From the NCBI GenBank assembly GCA_910584665.1, contig CAJUBL010000005.1, positions 866-64,865 of the forward strand: DNA of 64,000 nt, given 5' to 3'. Below, piece by piece: positions 20,520 through 31,122 of the stretch; position 1 is the first letter of the stretch; each line of letters opens with the position of its first letter. This DNA is from an uncultured Muribaculaceae bacterium (GTDB lineage Bacteria; Bacteroidota; Bacteroidia; Bacteroidales; Muribaculaceae). Made by a program: the position numbers and the translations under genes. The notes under the pieces are model-generated. The model was not told the origin of the DNA, did not search any database, and saw nothing but the letters and a program-made list of their open reading frames with translations.

Positions 20520-22622
20520 TTATTGTCTGATCATTACAGGTAGCATGCAATCAATATCACGGGATGAACGTCCTATTGATACTGTATATTCACCATCATT
20601 GACCTTCCATTGATGTGACACAGTATCCCGGTAACCTATCTTATCGACAGGTACCGAGAACCTGACATTCTCTCTCTTGCCGGCCTTAAGGTCAATCCGT
20701 CTGAACGCTTTGAGTTCCCTGACAGGACGTATGACCGTAGGATTGTTCTCCCCGATATACACCTGTATTGTCTCGGAGCCGTCCCTGTCCCCGGTATTAC
20801 TGACTGTGACCTCAATCTCGATTCCATCATCACCGACCTTGGCCTTAGCCTTGCCTATTTCAAAAGATGTATAGCTGAGTCCGTGGCCGAAGGGGAACAT
20901 CGGCTCTATGGACTTTGTGTCATACCAGCGGTAACCTACAAGTACCGACTCGTCATAGTTCACATCATAGAGCGTGATCAGTTTCTCGTTATAGGCACGG
21001 TAGGCCGTGTTGTAGAATTCAGCGCCGGCAGGCATCGTTTCTCTGGCAGGAGAGTCCCTGAAGTCGCGTTCGATCGTAACAGGCAGTTTTCCCGATGGAT
21101 TGACGCGCCCCGAGAGAATACCTGCTATGGCCTTCATTCCGGTCTGTCCCGGATACCAGCAATATAATATCGAGGCTGCTTTATCTGCCCACCCTGTCAT
21201 CCTTATGCCCGATCCCGAGAATACCAGTATCACGGTATTGGGATTATGCCTGACAATATTCTTCAGCCGCGTCTCCTCGTCACGCGGCAGGGCGAACGGC
21301 CTCTCGAACGATTCCATATCGACAGTTCCTGTAGTAGTGATTACTATATCGGCCTGCTGTAACTCACTTTCAGTCGGATTATTGACAAATTTCACCCGGT
21401 CTCCGAACTCATCTGACAGGGCGGCCCGCAGTGTCACGTAGTCATACCCCTTGACATCAGCCGACGATGCCGGATTGTCACCGGCACGCGGATCACTGTC
21501 TGTAAACGGACCCGTCACGAGAATATCCCGACAGCCGCCAAGCGGCAGCACCCCGCTGTTCTTAAGCAGTACGGTTCCCTTCTCAGCGACCTCGGTAGCC
21601 AGAGCACAATGATACTGAAAACGGTCCAGAAGTTCCGGGCTATACTTAGTTCTGCCATACAGGCCGTAGGCTATACCTGTGGCAATAGCCGGACGTATCA
21701 TCCTGTCGATATCAGCCTCTGAGATTTTGCCGTCGGCCACAAGACCGGCCAGCTCCGAGCTGAATCTGCTGTTACCGGGCATCACGGTATTAAGGCCAGA
21801 GTGAACGACCTTGAAAGTATCATAGACCGAGCTCCAGTCCGACATGACACTGCCGCGGAACCCCATCCCGTCACGCAGCAAGGTGTCGATGAGCCACTTG
21901 TTCTGACCGGTCCATTCACCGTTAAGACGATTATATGATGTCATGACAAAGGCCACACCGGCATCAACAGCATCCCTGAATGGAGGCAGATATATCTCAT
22001 GAAGAGCACGTTCGTCGACTACCGAGTTGGAACGCCGGCGGTAAAACTCGGTCTCGTTGCACAGGAAGTGCTTCACACACCCGGCTGTTCCGGTCGACTG
22101 CAGTCCGCGTATATAGGCTGCGGCCATTGCCCCCGTGAGCAGGGGATCCTCTCCGAGATACTCGAAGTTACGCCCACACTGCGAGTTCCTTGCGATATTG
22201 ACACCCGGTCCCAGAAGCACCTCGATGCCGCCGGCACGGCACTCCTCGCCCACGGCACGGCCGTAATCTCCGGCCAGTCCCTCGTCAAAGGTAGCGGCAA
22301 GCATTACAGGGCACGGGAAAGCAGTCGAACGCTCCATCTGCCTGACGAGGGTCGTATCCTTGAGATTATGGCGTATGTGTACACCCTGTGTGGCATCGGA
22401 GTGATACAGATAAGGAATCCCTTTATCGGGAACGCCATAGAAGTAGAATTCCGAGTACCCGCGTGTAAACCTGAGTTTCTCCTCGAGTGTGAGTTCCTTT
22501 ATCTTATCATCGGCCATTCGGTAGGCCTCATCCCATCCTATGACACGATCAGCCCGGGCGGGGATACTCCCGGCCAGAACCGGAAGTATACAGGAAGTGA
22601 TTATAACAGCGGTCTGTTTCAT
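20520..22622 (-). CDS. glycoside hydrolase family 3 (beta-glucosidase/BglX-like)
   Basis: KHFLCNETEFYRR...ALHEIYLPPF and the VMSDW nucleophile region, plus a C-terminal Fn3-like domain. The ATG at 22622 overlaps the upstream stop (ATGA) and gives a signal peptide. Confidence 0.9.
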   Translation of the reverse strand: MKQTAVIITSCILPVLAGSIPARADRVIGWDEAYRMADDKIKELTLEEKLRFTRGYSEFYFYGVPDKGIPYLYHSDATQGVHIRHNLKDTTLVRQMERSTAFPCPVMLAATFDEGLAGDYGRAVGEECRAGGIEVLLGPGVNIARNSQCGRNFEYLGEDPLLTGAMAAAYIRGLQSTGTAGCVKHFLCNETEFYRRRSNSVVDERALHEIYLPPFRDAVDAGVAFVMTSYNRLNGEWTGQNKWLIDTLLRDGMGFRGSVMSDWSSVYDTFKVVHSGLNTVMPGNSRFSSELAGLVADGKISEADIDRMIRPAIATGIAYGLYGRTKYSPELLDRFQYHCALATEVAEKGTVLLKNSGVLPLGGCRDILVTGPFTDSDPRAGDNPASSADVKGYDYVTLRAALSDEFGDRVKFVNNPTESELQQADIVITTTGTVDMESFERPFALPRDEETRLKNIVRHNPNTVILVFSGSGIRMTGWADKAASILYCWYPGQTGMKAIAGILSGRVNPSGKLPVTIERDFRDSPARETMPAGAEFYNTAYRAYNEKLITLYDVNYDESVLVGYRWYDTKSIEPMFPFGHGLSYTSFEIGKAKAKVGDDGIEIEVTVSNTGDRDGSETIQVYIGENNPTVIRPVRELKAFRRIDLKAGKRENVRFSVPVDKIGYRDTVSHQWKVNDGEYTVSIGRSSRDIDCMLPVMIRQ

Positions 22623-24796
22623 TTCGAGATACATATTTCATCGATGAACCAGCGGGTGAACTTTTTACCGGCATGCGAGGAGAACCTGACACGTGTCTCG
22701 GCCGTAGCGTTCTCTATCGTAAAGGTGTACTTTCTGAACGAGGTATAGTTCATCGACTGGATGGAGGCTGTTGTGGCACCGCTGATCGTTCCGCCGCCTA
22801 TTATCTCTATCGTAGCATTATCGGCATCGCCGTCTATGTCGGCCGCACTGTTGGATCCGGCACTGAATACTCCGGTATTCCTGTAGGCCATAGCCTTGAA
22901 CGAGAGTGTCAGCGTACCGTCTGCTCCGATCTTAGGCGTTGTGAGATTCCCGACACGGTTGGTATAGTCTTTCTGGCTTACCGACTGAGACTCGACATAA
23001 CCTATCTGGGCATACCCCGGGCGCTGTCTGACGTTCTGCCCCTCGAGACCGTTTATCAGATTGCTCTCCCAGGCCGATATGTCTTCGCCACAATAGTTGA
23101 GCATGGCGCTGAGGCGGTCACCGAGCCGGTAGTCGAGCCCCTGGTCGAGACCGTCAAACGGCTCAAAATATACAGCACCGGCAGGACGCACGGTCGATCT
23201 GGTCTGCAGGCGGTCAAGAACCGCACAGCTGTGAAGTACGATACGGCCGTATCCATCTGACAGCCCGCCACCCGATACCGAAACTTTATCGGCGGGCCGC
23301 AGTCTGATATAAAGAGTCGACTTACGCTCTATGGCAATCACGGGCCTGACATTGATGTTGTAATAGAGGTATCCTTTACCTCCGCCGAAAACCACATTCT
23401 TAGGTATTGATATCTTCTCCTCGGCCGTATGCCACGTCCTGCTGTCGGTCGAATACTGCAGTTCCCAGTTGGCAGGTGCGTTTTTCTGGCCTCCGAGTCC
23501 GAACGAGAACCTGAAGCCCGACGACAGATCCTCCCCTACGGGGAATGTGAACAGCATATAGTTGGATCCTCCGTCGATCCATGACGAGAGCTGCAGATTG
23601 TGGTGACCGCTGTTGTCGTTCCAGTAATAGAAAGTCTTGCTCTTGGCATTGAGGTTTACATTGAACCTGGCTCCGGTACCGTCTTTTGACTCCAGATATG
23701 TCTTGTTGGCATCAGACGTGTTCTGTACAAAGTCGACATACCGGCCCGTACTGTTCGTTCCCTCTGTCATAAGCGAGAATACATAGGGCATCATCACGCC
23801 GCCGTCAAGACGTCCCCCGTCAAGAGATATATCGGCTTCGGTACACGGCGAGAGTGTAGCCACACCATCGGTATAGGTAATTATGCCGTTTACCCGGCCG
23901 CTCCCGGCGGGAACCGGACGATCGGCCATAGACGATGAAGCCGCTATACCGAGCCTTACGGTCTGCCCGTTCCCGTTGACAAGTGTCACACCCTCTCCGA
24001 GAGATTCCTTTGACAGGTCATTGGCCTGAATCTGTCCCTCGATACTTACATACATTGACTCGTATAAATCGGGCTCGAGATAGTCAGGTGTCACAGTCAC
24101 CGGAGTCGGATCTATACGGGTGCTGCCTGTCTTGTTTATCATGGAGTCGTCGGCAGGAATGATTGTCTTCACACCCTCGTTTTCATCGATCACGGCACCG
24201 GTTAGACCGACCTCAAGTTCTTCTCCGGCACCGGCATAGACGGTCTGTACAGTCCTGACGGCTATGCCGCAATCGGGCCCGGTTCCGTCCTGCAGTGCTA
24301 TCAGGCCGTGAATGTAATTGCCACAGCGTTGATCCGAGACCACGACACCACGCATGACCACACCGTCTCCGGGTATTGTACTGCCTGCGGGCATCCCCCG
24401 CAGATCGCTTATAGATACAGCACCGTCGCCGCGGGCTCCCCGCTGTTTCAGGACCAGCGGTGTTACCGTCGTTCCCGACATGTTGCTGACGTTCAGCGTG
24501 AACTGGCGTGAATCACTCCCCGTGTTAGGATCCACCGACAGGGTTATTACGCCCAGCCCCACCTTGTTGCCGCCCGACACACGGGCCCATGAGCCGGCTT
24601 CGGCCGGCATCTCCACTTTCCAGTCACAGTTGGCATCGACATCGATGCTGAATGTCGCAGCGAGAGCCGGTGCCATGATAGTATCGCTGGAAAGCGATAT
24701 GTAGGCGCGTGGAAGAGCCACATCATCCTTGCACGATGCACACAGCGACATCATGACAATAGCGGCTGAATATATAATATATTGGAAATTTTTCAT
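22619..24796 (-). CDS. surface lipoprotein: BACON + DUF5689-like + C-terminal choice-of-anchor/MAM-like domain
   Basis: Lipobox (SLCASC). BACON-like segment (FSIDVDANCDWKVEMP...ITLSVDPNTGSDSRQFTLNVS). ISDLR...VMRGVVVSDQRCGNY...ALQDGTG is DUF5689-like by recollection. Confidence 0.6.
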   Translation of the reverse strand: MKNFQYIIYSAAIVMMSLCASCKDDVALPRAYISLSSDTIMAPALAATFSIDVDANCDWKVEMPAEAGSWARVSGGNKVGLGVITLSVDPNTGSDSRQFTLNVSNMSGTTVTPLVLKQRGARGDGAVSISDLRGMPAGSTIPGDGVVMRGVVVSDQRCGNYIHGLIALQDGTGPDCGIAVRTVQTVYAGAGEELEVGLTGAVIDENEGVKTIIPADDSMINKTGSTRIDPTPVTVTPDYLEPDLYESMYVSIEGQIQANDLSKESLGEGVTLVNGNGQTVRLGIAASSSMADRPVPAGSGRVNGIITYTDGVATLSPCTEADISLDGGRLDGGVMMPYVFSLMTEGTNSTGRYVDFVQNTSDANKTYLESKDGTGARFNVNLNAKSKTFYYWNDNSGHHNLQLSSWIDGGSNYMLFTFPVGEDLSSGFRFSFGLGGQKNAPANWELQYSTDSRTWHTAEEKISIPKNVVFGGGKGYLYYNINVRPVIAIERKSTLYIRLRPADKVSVSGGGLSDGYGRIVLHSCAVLDRLQTRSTVRPAGAVYFEPFDGLDQGLDYRLGDRLSAMLNYCGEDISAWESNLINGLEGQNVRQRPGYAQIGYVESQSVSQKDYTNRVGNLTTPKIGADGTLTLSFKAMAYRNTGVFSAGSNSAADIDGDADNATIEIIGGGTISGATTASIQSMNYTSFRKYTFTIENATAETRVRFSSHAGKKFTRWFIDEICISK

Positions 24797-24801
24797 AATT
24801 A

Positions 24802-25632
24802 TTATTTTGACAGATCGACAATTACAGGCAGATGGTCCGACACGTCACTGAGTTTTATCTCTTCAAATACCGGGACTATCGTACGCAGTACGGTGTAGGG
24901 GGCATTGTTGCCCTTGTAGGCGAGAATGAAATCGATACGCGTGCTTTTGCTCGGGAATGTGGGTGTAGATGCGCTTATTACAGTCCAGTGACTCAATGCA
25001 TTGGAAGGCAGAACCGTCGTATTCATATCTCCGGCTATGAATACCGGCTTGGCCGATGTACCGTAGTTGTCGTCAACATATTCGTTGATGATATCAAACG
25101 ACCACGTACGGTTATCCTCGCTCGATACACACAGATGGGTGCAGATATACACGTAGTCCTCGAATTCGGCGACAAGGAACCGGCGCGTCTCCACTCCGGG
25201 CAGCTCTCTGGAATCGGTCTTTACAGGCTTTTCGCGACACAGCATTCCGATACCGTATTCTCCGCCGGCATAGTTTATGGTTCTGGCAAAGACAGGATGC
25301 ATACCGGTACGTGACGACAGTTCTCCGAGCTGATCGGTTGGGAACAGGCTCGTGTTGCGGTCGAGTTCCTGCAAGGCTACCACATCGGCATCAAGGAGAG
25401 AGATTGCCTTGGCCGTATTGTTATAATTGGCATTGTTGGTGCCGCCGGGAGAACAGCGGTGGGTGTTGTATGTCGCAAGTCGGTAGGAATCGGGCAGGCG
25501 TGAAGGATCTTCCATCTTAGTCCCGGCATCGAAGTCAAAGTCAGAGTTGTCGCCATCCGGATCGTTGCACGACACGGCGGCTATGGCTGTCGCAAGGACC
25601 AGCGGCAATAATGATATATGTTTCAGTTTCAT
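24802..25632 (-). CDS. endonuclease/exonuclease/phosphatase (EEP) family lipoprotein
   Basis: Lipobox (AAVSC). EEP motifs LATYN, VVALQELD, IAGDMN, SDHLPV. Confidence 0.85.
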   Translation of the reverse strand: MKLKHISLLPLVLATAIAAVSCNDPDGDNSDFDFDAGTKMEDPSRLPDSYRLATYNTHRCSPGGTNNANYNNTAKAISLLDADVVALQELDRNTSLFPTDQLGELSSRTGMHPVFARTINYAGGEYGIGMLCREKPVKTDSRELPGVETRRFLVAEFEDYVYICTHLCVSSEDNRTWSFDIINEYVDDNYGTSAKPVFIAGDMNTTVLPSNALSHWTVISASTPTFPSKSTRIDFILAYKGNNAPYTVLRTIVPVFEEIKLSDVSDHLPVIVDLSK

Positions 25633-25648
25633 GATTTCTTAAAGGGGA

Positions 25649-27400
25649 TTAAAAGTTCAGCCCGTCTTTCCATCCGGGATTCTGTGTTATGGCACCTTGG
25701 GTTATGATACGGTCATCGGTCGGGACAGGATACAGGTAGTCTCTTTCCTCGTCCCAGTGACGCGGATAGTCGGTGTGCAGCTTTATATAGCCCGACGTCC
25801 TGTCGGTGAGGAAAATATCCTTTTCCAATTCATATACTACCGGCGCCGATGTAGCCGGTCTGGATCCGGTCCACAGACACACGTCGGCTTTTCCGTCTGA
25901 GTTGAGATCATACTCACCGGGACGTGGGAAATACATACCTGTAAACTGGCGTTCAAAGCGTTTGCCGGCTTTCCATCTCATGATGTCCCAGTAACGGAAC
26001 CCCTCCATGATCAGTTCGACCGTACGCTCGCGGCGTATCTCGAGAATAACACCTTTGTTGGCTCCTTCGACACCGGTATAACCGGTGACCGGATCGCACA
26101 GATACGGATCAGGATTGGCATTGGCTCTGGCAAGGCTGAGATTAGCGACTCCGGCACGATCCCTGAGAGGCTTGACCGACAGATCGATATCACTCTGGGT
26201 CAGCGTGCCGAGCTCGGCCTTGGCCTCGGCATAATTGAGATAAACCTCGGCTGTGCGGAACAATGGCAGGTCCACGATCGAGGCGTTATAAGCATCATAT
26301 TTTGATGACTGCAGGTACTTGACAGGCTGGTAACCGGTCTCGCAGGCGGCAAGATTGGGCGCCGACTGGGCCGACTCCCCCACCCGTTTGTATCCGGGAG
26401 TACGTATGGTCTGGACAAGACGTCTGTCCCGGTTCTTACACTCGTCGGCAAAAGTCATCGTTTCCCAGCCCTGACGCGAAGTGAACGGGGTACCGTCGGT
26501 CATCAGATACATGCACACGACATCACGCAACAGGCCCGGACGTCCCATGCTCATCGAGGTGACATAACCGTTGGCATCGTGCATAAGCTTGATCTTGTCG
26601 TTGTAGGCACGTGCGAGGATATACTCTGTCTTGTTGGCCGACAGATTGTTGAACAGCGACAGGTAAGGGGTGCTGCCTGAATTGTATATGGTATATCCGC
26701 TCTTAGAGATAAAATCTCCCGAAACCGAAGCACACTCCTCTAACAGCGGTTCCCAGCCCTCTATGTCATGGTACTTCCTGAAGGTTCCCTCGAAGAGCAG
26801 CACACGGCTCTTGAGTGCCATGGCGGTCCAGCGGGTCACACGGTACACATCCTTAGTTGCGTCAAGACCGGCTATCGCCATGTCAAGATCCTCTATGACA
26901 TGTCTCACAACTTCCTCGCGGGGGGTACGGCCCATATAAAGCCTGTCATCGTCCGATGGCAGAGCCTCCTCGAGCCAGGGGACATCGCCATAGCGTTTTA
27001 CCTTCTCAAAGTAGAAATAGGCTCGGAAAAAACGTGCGAGTCCTTCATATCTGGTCCGGTCGGCAGTATCGTCACAGTTTGATGAATGTGCGAGAAAAAA
27101 ATTGATGTCACGCAGTTTGGTCCAGGTCCACGATGATGCGGTGGAAGGAACAGTACGTGTGCCGAGAACTTCCTGGCTCAGACTCGTGAGCGTGATGATA
27201 TCCTCCCCCTCGCCATATATGGAACTGCCGCCGGGAAATATTGTATAGAAATCGTTGGTATAGAGTTCACACTCGGTCCCGGTATTGAAAAACGTGTCGG
27301 GAGTGAGCTTGTCTTTGGGGAAACGGTCGAGCTCATCCTCACAGCCGCCCAGTGCTGCCATTGCGAGCACGCCTGTTATTATATTGTGATATATCTTCAT
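25649..27400 (-). CDS. SusD/RagB family nutrient-binding outer membrane lipoprotein
   Basis: 583 aa with lipobox (ALGGC). Typical SusD TPR-like core and position immediately after SusC. Confidence 0.9.
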   Translation of the reverse strand: MKIYHNIITGVLAMAALGGCEDELDRFPKDKLTPDTFFNTGTECELYTNDFYTIFPGGSSIYGEGEDIITLTSLSQEVLGTRTVPSTASSWTWTKLRDINFFLAHSSNCDDTADRTRYEGLARFFRAYFYFEKVKRYGDVPWLEEALPSDDDRLYMGRTPREEVVRHVIEDLDMAIAGLDATKDVYRVTRWTAMALKSRVLLFEGTFRKYHDIEGWEPLLEECASVSGDFISKSGYTIYNSGSTPYLSLFNNLSANKTEYILARAYNDKIKLMHDANGYVTSMSMGRPGLLRDVVCMYLMTDGTPFTSRQGWETMTFADECKNRDRRLVQTIRTPGYKRVGESAQSAPNLAACETGYQPVKYLQSSKYDAYNASIVDLPLFRTAEVYLNYAEAKAELGTLTQSDIDLSVKPLRDRAGVANLSLARANANPDPYLCDPVTGYTGVEGANKGVILEIRRERTVELIMEGFRYWDIMRWKAGKRFERQFTGMYFPRPGEYDLNSDGKADVCLWTGSRPATSAPVVYELEKDIFLTDRTSGYIKLHTDYPRHWDEERDYLYPVPTDDRIITQGAITQNPGWKDGLNF

Positions 27401-27405
27401 GGTTG

Positions 27406-30400
27406 TTAAAGTGTAAGATTAAGTCCTACCGAGAATGTCTTGCTCCAGGGATAGACGTTTGACAGTTTGTTGGAATTGGCCGAGGCCTGCTCGGGATCAA
27501 GGAATCTGCTCCTGAGTGCCGTCCATGTGAACAGGTTCTCGCCTGTCACATATACCCTGAGCCTCTGTATGCAGGCTTTAGCCGTAAGACTTGCCGGAAG
27601 AGTATAGCCAAGGGTAAGATTTTTCAGACGGCAGTAGGCAAGGTTCTGGAGATAACGGTCGTTGGTATAATACACGGTTCCGTTGGTAGTGTTGAGAGAC
27701 GAATAGGCACGGGCTCGCGGGAAATAACCGCCGGTATTGGACTCGCTCCACACGTCGCTCATGAAGTTACGTGGTATGAATGTCGAGTATGGACGGCTGT
27801 ACGGCCCCCAGAAACGCAGGTTGTCATTGCCCGGATACCAGTCCATATGTCCTATGCCCTGAATGAATACCGCCAGATCGATTCCCTTCCAGCTGGCCGA
27901 CAGATTGGCACTATAACTGTATCGGGGGGTCGAGTTGCCTATGATCACACGGTCACCCGGATCCTCGAGCGTACCTTTGCCGCCGTTTACATAACCGTTA
28001 TTGTCAAGATCGAGATACCTGAGGTCTCCGGCTCTGACACCTGCACCGTAGGATCCTGTAGCGTTATAGCATCCCGGAGCCACCGTACGCATATCCACAC
28101 GGCTTGCGTAAGCGGCGGCCTCTTCATCGGTACCGAACAGGCCGTCGACCCGGTATCCCCATATCTCACCCTCGTGACGGCCTACATACGGGTCACTGAT
28201 AAGCCCCGATGGATTATCACACTTGGTGTACTCCGAGGTATAATCGCTGAACGATGCGCCTATGCTGTAGCTGAAAGGTGAATTCAATAGCTGGAACGAG
28301 TCGTTCCAGGTCAGCGTCAGTTCATAACCGGTTGTGCGCAGGTCGTTGGCGTTGACCTGAGGCTCGGTGGCTCCGTACAGCGACGGCAGTGACTTGCCGC
28401 GGCCCAGGATTCCCCTGACATCGCGGGTATAGACCTCTCCGGTAAAAGACAGACGGTTGTTGAGCACACCTATGTCGATACCCAGATTTCTGGTCACGAC
28501 CTTCTCCCACGTCTGGTTGCCCGAGACCGGATCAGAGACAGTGGCATGCTGTCCCAACGTTGCGCCGTCAAACGAGTATCCGCTCATGTTGCCCGACGTG
28601 TCGATGGTCTGTATGAAGTCATAGTAGCCTATCTGCTGGTTGCCGAGCGAACCATATGAGGCTCTGATCTTGACATTGCTGAACGTCCGCCTCAGGTCGT
28701 TGAAGAATGTCTCCTCGCTTATACGGTAACCGGCCGAGAACGAAGGGAAGAAACCGTACCGGTTTCCGCGAGGAAACCGCGAGGATCCGTCATAACGGCC
28801 GTTCATCTCAAAAAGATATTTGCCGCGGTAATTGTAGGCCGCACGGTAAAACAGTCCCATGATGGCATACTCATTGCGACCGCCCGTGATAGAGAAATTG
28901 GTCATACCTTTTGCCAGATTGAAATCAGACAGATCTTCACTCAGCAGTCCGGTGTTCTTAGCCCCGAGATCCTTATAATATTTGGACTCGTAGTTGTAAC
29001 CGGCTATAACCTGAAGATTATGGGAATCACGCCATGTGTTCTGATAAGTGGCATAGATATCGGCCACGTAATAGTTCTGGTCCCATACTGTCTCCTTTAA
29101 TGAGTTCGGGAAACGGCCCTCAGGCTCGGTGAGTGTCTGGCCCGGATATTGGGAATACTGAACGTTGACACTGCGGTAATCATTATGGAGATTGCCGTAG
29201 GTGTAGCTGAAATCGGCCTTTACATCAAACTGCCTGGAGAAGCGATAGGCGACCTCGAACAGTGTCGAGAACTCTTTTACCCTCTTGTGCCCTCCGCTTT
29301 TACCTTTCTGCAGCATGGCGTTATAGCCGTCCATAAGATAGTGAGCCGACGAGTTGGTGACCGAAGTGTGCGACACGGCAGTCCCGTCGGGATTGACCGG
29401 CACCATCGATGCAAGGGCATGCAGTGTCGGTTTCCTGAAGTTGTCGCTCTCCGATTCAAATCCGGCATAATTGTATCGGGAACTGAAAAACCTGGTATTG
29501 TTGGATATCGTAAGATTAGGGGTGACGTCGGCCGACAGTTTTATGCGGAAATTGTATGACTTGAACTTGTCGGGGATGATACGGTTGATGCCCTTCTGCT
29601 CGTTATACCGTCCCGAGAGCATGTAGGTAAATGATTTCAGTCCGCCACGTATGTTTATATTATGGTCCCACGTAGGACGTGAATCGTCATATAGATAGTT
29701 GTACCAGTCGAAATTGGCCAGATAGAGATATTCCATCCTGCCGTTGCGCATACGGGTAGTGACCCACGGCCGCGCCGGGTTCTCGACAGCATCATTGCGG
29801 CGGTCCCACAATGCCTGGTAGTCGGCTTCGGTATAAGAGGTATAGGGCGTGTTCTGAGACGACATCATGAAGAAATCAGCGATCTTGGCCGAGTAATATC
29901 CACGTGTCTCGAAGTCGGTCGAAGTCGTGGGTTTCGACACCGAGAAACTGCCGCTATAGCTTATCTCCGGTTTCTGATCGGTCTTTCCGCTCCTGGTAGT
30001 GATAAGAATGACACCGAAAGCTCCGCGCGCACCATATATGGCGGCCGATGAGGCGTCTTTCAGTACCGATATTGTCTCAACGTCGTTGGAATTGATTCGG
30101 TCAAGCGACGACTCCACACCGTCGACTAACACCAGGGGGCTGCCGCCGTTGGGCGATGTGGTTCCACGTATATTGAGAGTCGCTCCGGCTCCAGGCTGAC
30201 CCGACGATACCTTCACATTAAGGTTGGGGATCATTCCCTGCAGGGCGCGTCCGAGATTGTCGATGGGACGGTCCCTGATGGCATCCTGTGACAGCGTGGC
30301 TACAGCTCCGGTAAGATTGGCTTTCTTCTGAGTTCCGTATCCCACGACAACCACCTCGTTGAGCAGCTCGCTGTTTTCCTCGAGCCTGTAGTCATACTCA

Positions 30401-30960
30401 TCTGATTTCCCGACCTTGAAGACCACTGGTTTCAGTCCGACATAGGTTATGGAAACCGTGGCGCCCTCAGGAACATTGTCAAGCGTATACCGTCCGTTGA
30501 TATCAGTCGAGACACCTGTCGACGACCCCTTGACTATGACCGATGCTCCTGCCACAGGCTCGTCAAACTCGTCGGTAACTGTACCGCTTATGGTCTTGGT
30601 AGCCTCTTTTTCCTGCTTTTGCTGATTACTGACATCATTACGCCCGGTAATGACAATCGACTTGGGCGAAATGATCTTGTAAGTGAGACCCGTGTCGTCA
30701 AAAATGCCCGACAATACCGCGTCGACAGGTTTTCCGCTGCACGACAGAGTAATAGCCGGGAAATCCTTCGGTAAATCGCCTTTGAACGAGAAACTGCACC
30801 CGGCCTGTCGTTCAATCTCCTTTAGCACCTGCTCTATGGGAGCATCTTTCACGTCGAGAGTTATGGTTGTCCCGGTTACGGCCGCCACTGCTGTGACCGC
30901 CGATACCAGGACGATCATCGCCATGAAAAAGCGCTTGCATCTGTACTGATGATGATTCAT
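27406..30960 (-). CDS. SusC/RagA TonB-dependent outer membrane transporter with N-terminal STN signalling domain
   Basis: 1184 aa. STN-like ITLDVKDAPIEQVLKEIERQAGCSFSF, a CarboxypepD_reg domain (ISGTVTDEFDEPVAGASVIVKG), VVVGYGTQKKANLTGAV, and a beta-barrel ending ...GLNLTL. Confidence 0.95.
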   Translation of the reverse strand: MNHHQYRCKRFFMAMIVLVSAVTAVAAVTGTTITLDVKDAPIEQVLKEIERQAGCSFSFKGDLPKDFPAITLSCSGKPVDAVLSGIFDDTGLTYKIISPKSIVITGRNDVSNQQKQEKEATKTISGTVTDEFDEPVAGASVIVKGSSTGVSTDINGRYTLDNVPEGATVSITYVGLKPVVFKVGKSDEYDYRLEENSELLNEVVVVGYGTQKKANLTGAVATLSQDAIRDRPIDNLGRALQGMIPNLNVKVSSGQPGAGATLNIRGTTSPNGGSPLVLVDGVESSLDRINSNDVETISVLKDASSAAIYGARGAFGVILITTRSGKTDQKPEISYSGSFSVSKPTTSTDFETRGYYSAKIADFFMMSSQNTPYTSYTEADYQALWDRRNDAVENPARPWVTTRMRNGRMEYLYLANFDWYNYLYDDSRPTWDHNINIRGGLKSFTYMLSGRYNEQKGINRIIPDKFKSYNFRIKLSADVTPNLTISNNTRFFSSRYNYAGFESESDNFRKPTLHALASMVPVNPDGTAVSHTSVTNSSAHYLMDGYNAMLQKGKSGGHKRVKEFSTLFEVAYRFSRQFDVKADFSYTYGNLHNDYRSVNVQYSQYPGQTLTEPEGRFPNSLKETVWDQNYYVADIYATYQNTWRDSHNLQVIAGYNYESKYYKDLGAKNTGLLSEDLSDFNLAKGMTNFSITGGRNEYAIMGLFYRAAYNYRGKYLFEMNGRYDGSSRFPRGNRYGFFPSFSAGYRISEETFFNDLRRTFSNVKIRASYGSLGNQQIGYYDFIQTIDTSGNMSGYSFDGATLGQHATVSDPVSGNQTWEKVVTRNLGIDIGVLNNRLSFTGEVYTRDVRGILGRGKSLPSLYGATEPQVNANDLRTTGYELTLTWNDSFQLLNSPFSYSIGASFSDYTSEYTKCDNPSGLISDPYVGRHEGEIWGYRVDGLFGTDEEAAAYASRVDMRTVAPGCYNATGSYGAGVRAGDLRYLDLDNNGYVNGGKGTLEDPGDRVIIGNSTPRYSYSANLSASWKGIDLAVFIQGIGHMDWYPGNDNLRFWGPYSRPYSTFIPRNFMSDVWSESNTGGYFPRARAYSSLNTTNGTVYYTNDRYLQNLAYCRLKNLTLGYTLPASLTAKACIQRLRVYVTGENLFTWTALRSRFLDPEQASANSNKLSNVYPWSKTFSVGLNLTL

Positions 30961-31122
30961 GTGGTAATGATAAGGTTAATGATAATTTGATTCTATGCAT
31001 AGTAAGACGATGGTCCGGTCCTGTTGTCCCGATAAAAAAATATGTTATACAACATAAAAACGACATCCATGGCTGCCGGTCAGAGCAACCATGGATGTCA
31101 TTATCTTAAAGCGGGAGGACTG

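Noticed and set aside
20500-20550. An apparent 31-nt overlap between the GH3 gene end and the LRR ORF start given in the track.
   Set aside because: The internal ATG at 20499 yields a canonical signal peptide (MIKKQLLALCLG...). The upstream extension (MHATCNDQTITSLNLKN) is not signal-like. The two genes are therefore separated by a 20-nt gap.
21999-22748. A 249-aa plus-strand ORF antisense to the GH3 5' region and the end of the BACON gene.
   Set aside because: Both minus-strand genes carry strong family motifs, and the antisense product has no recognisable features.
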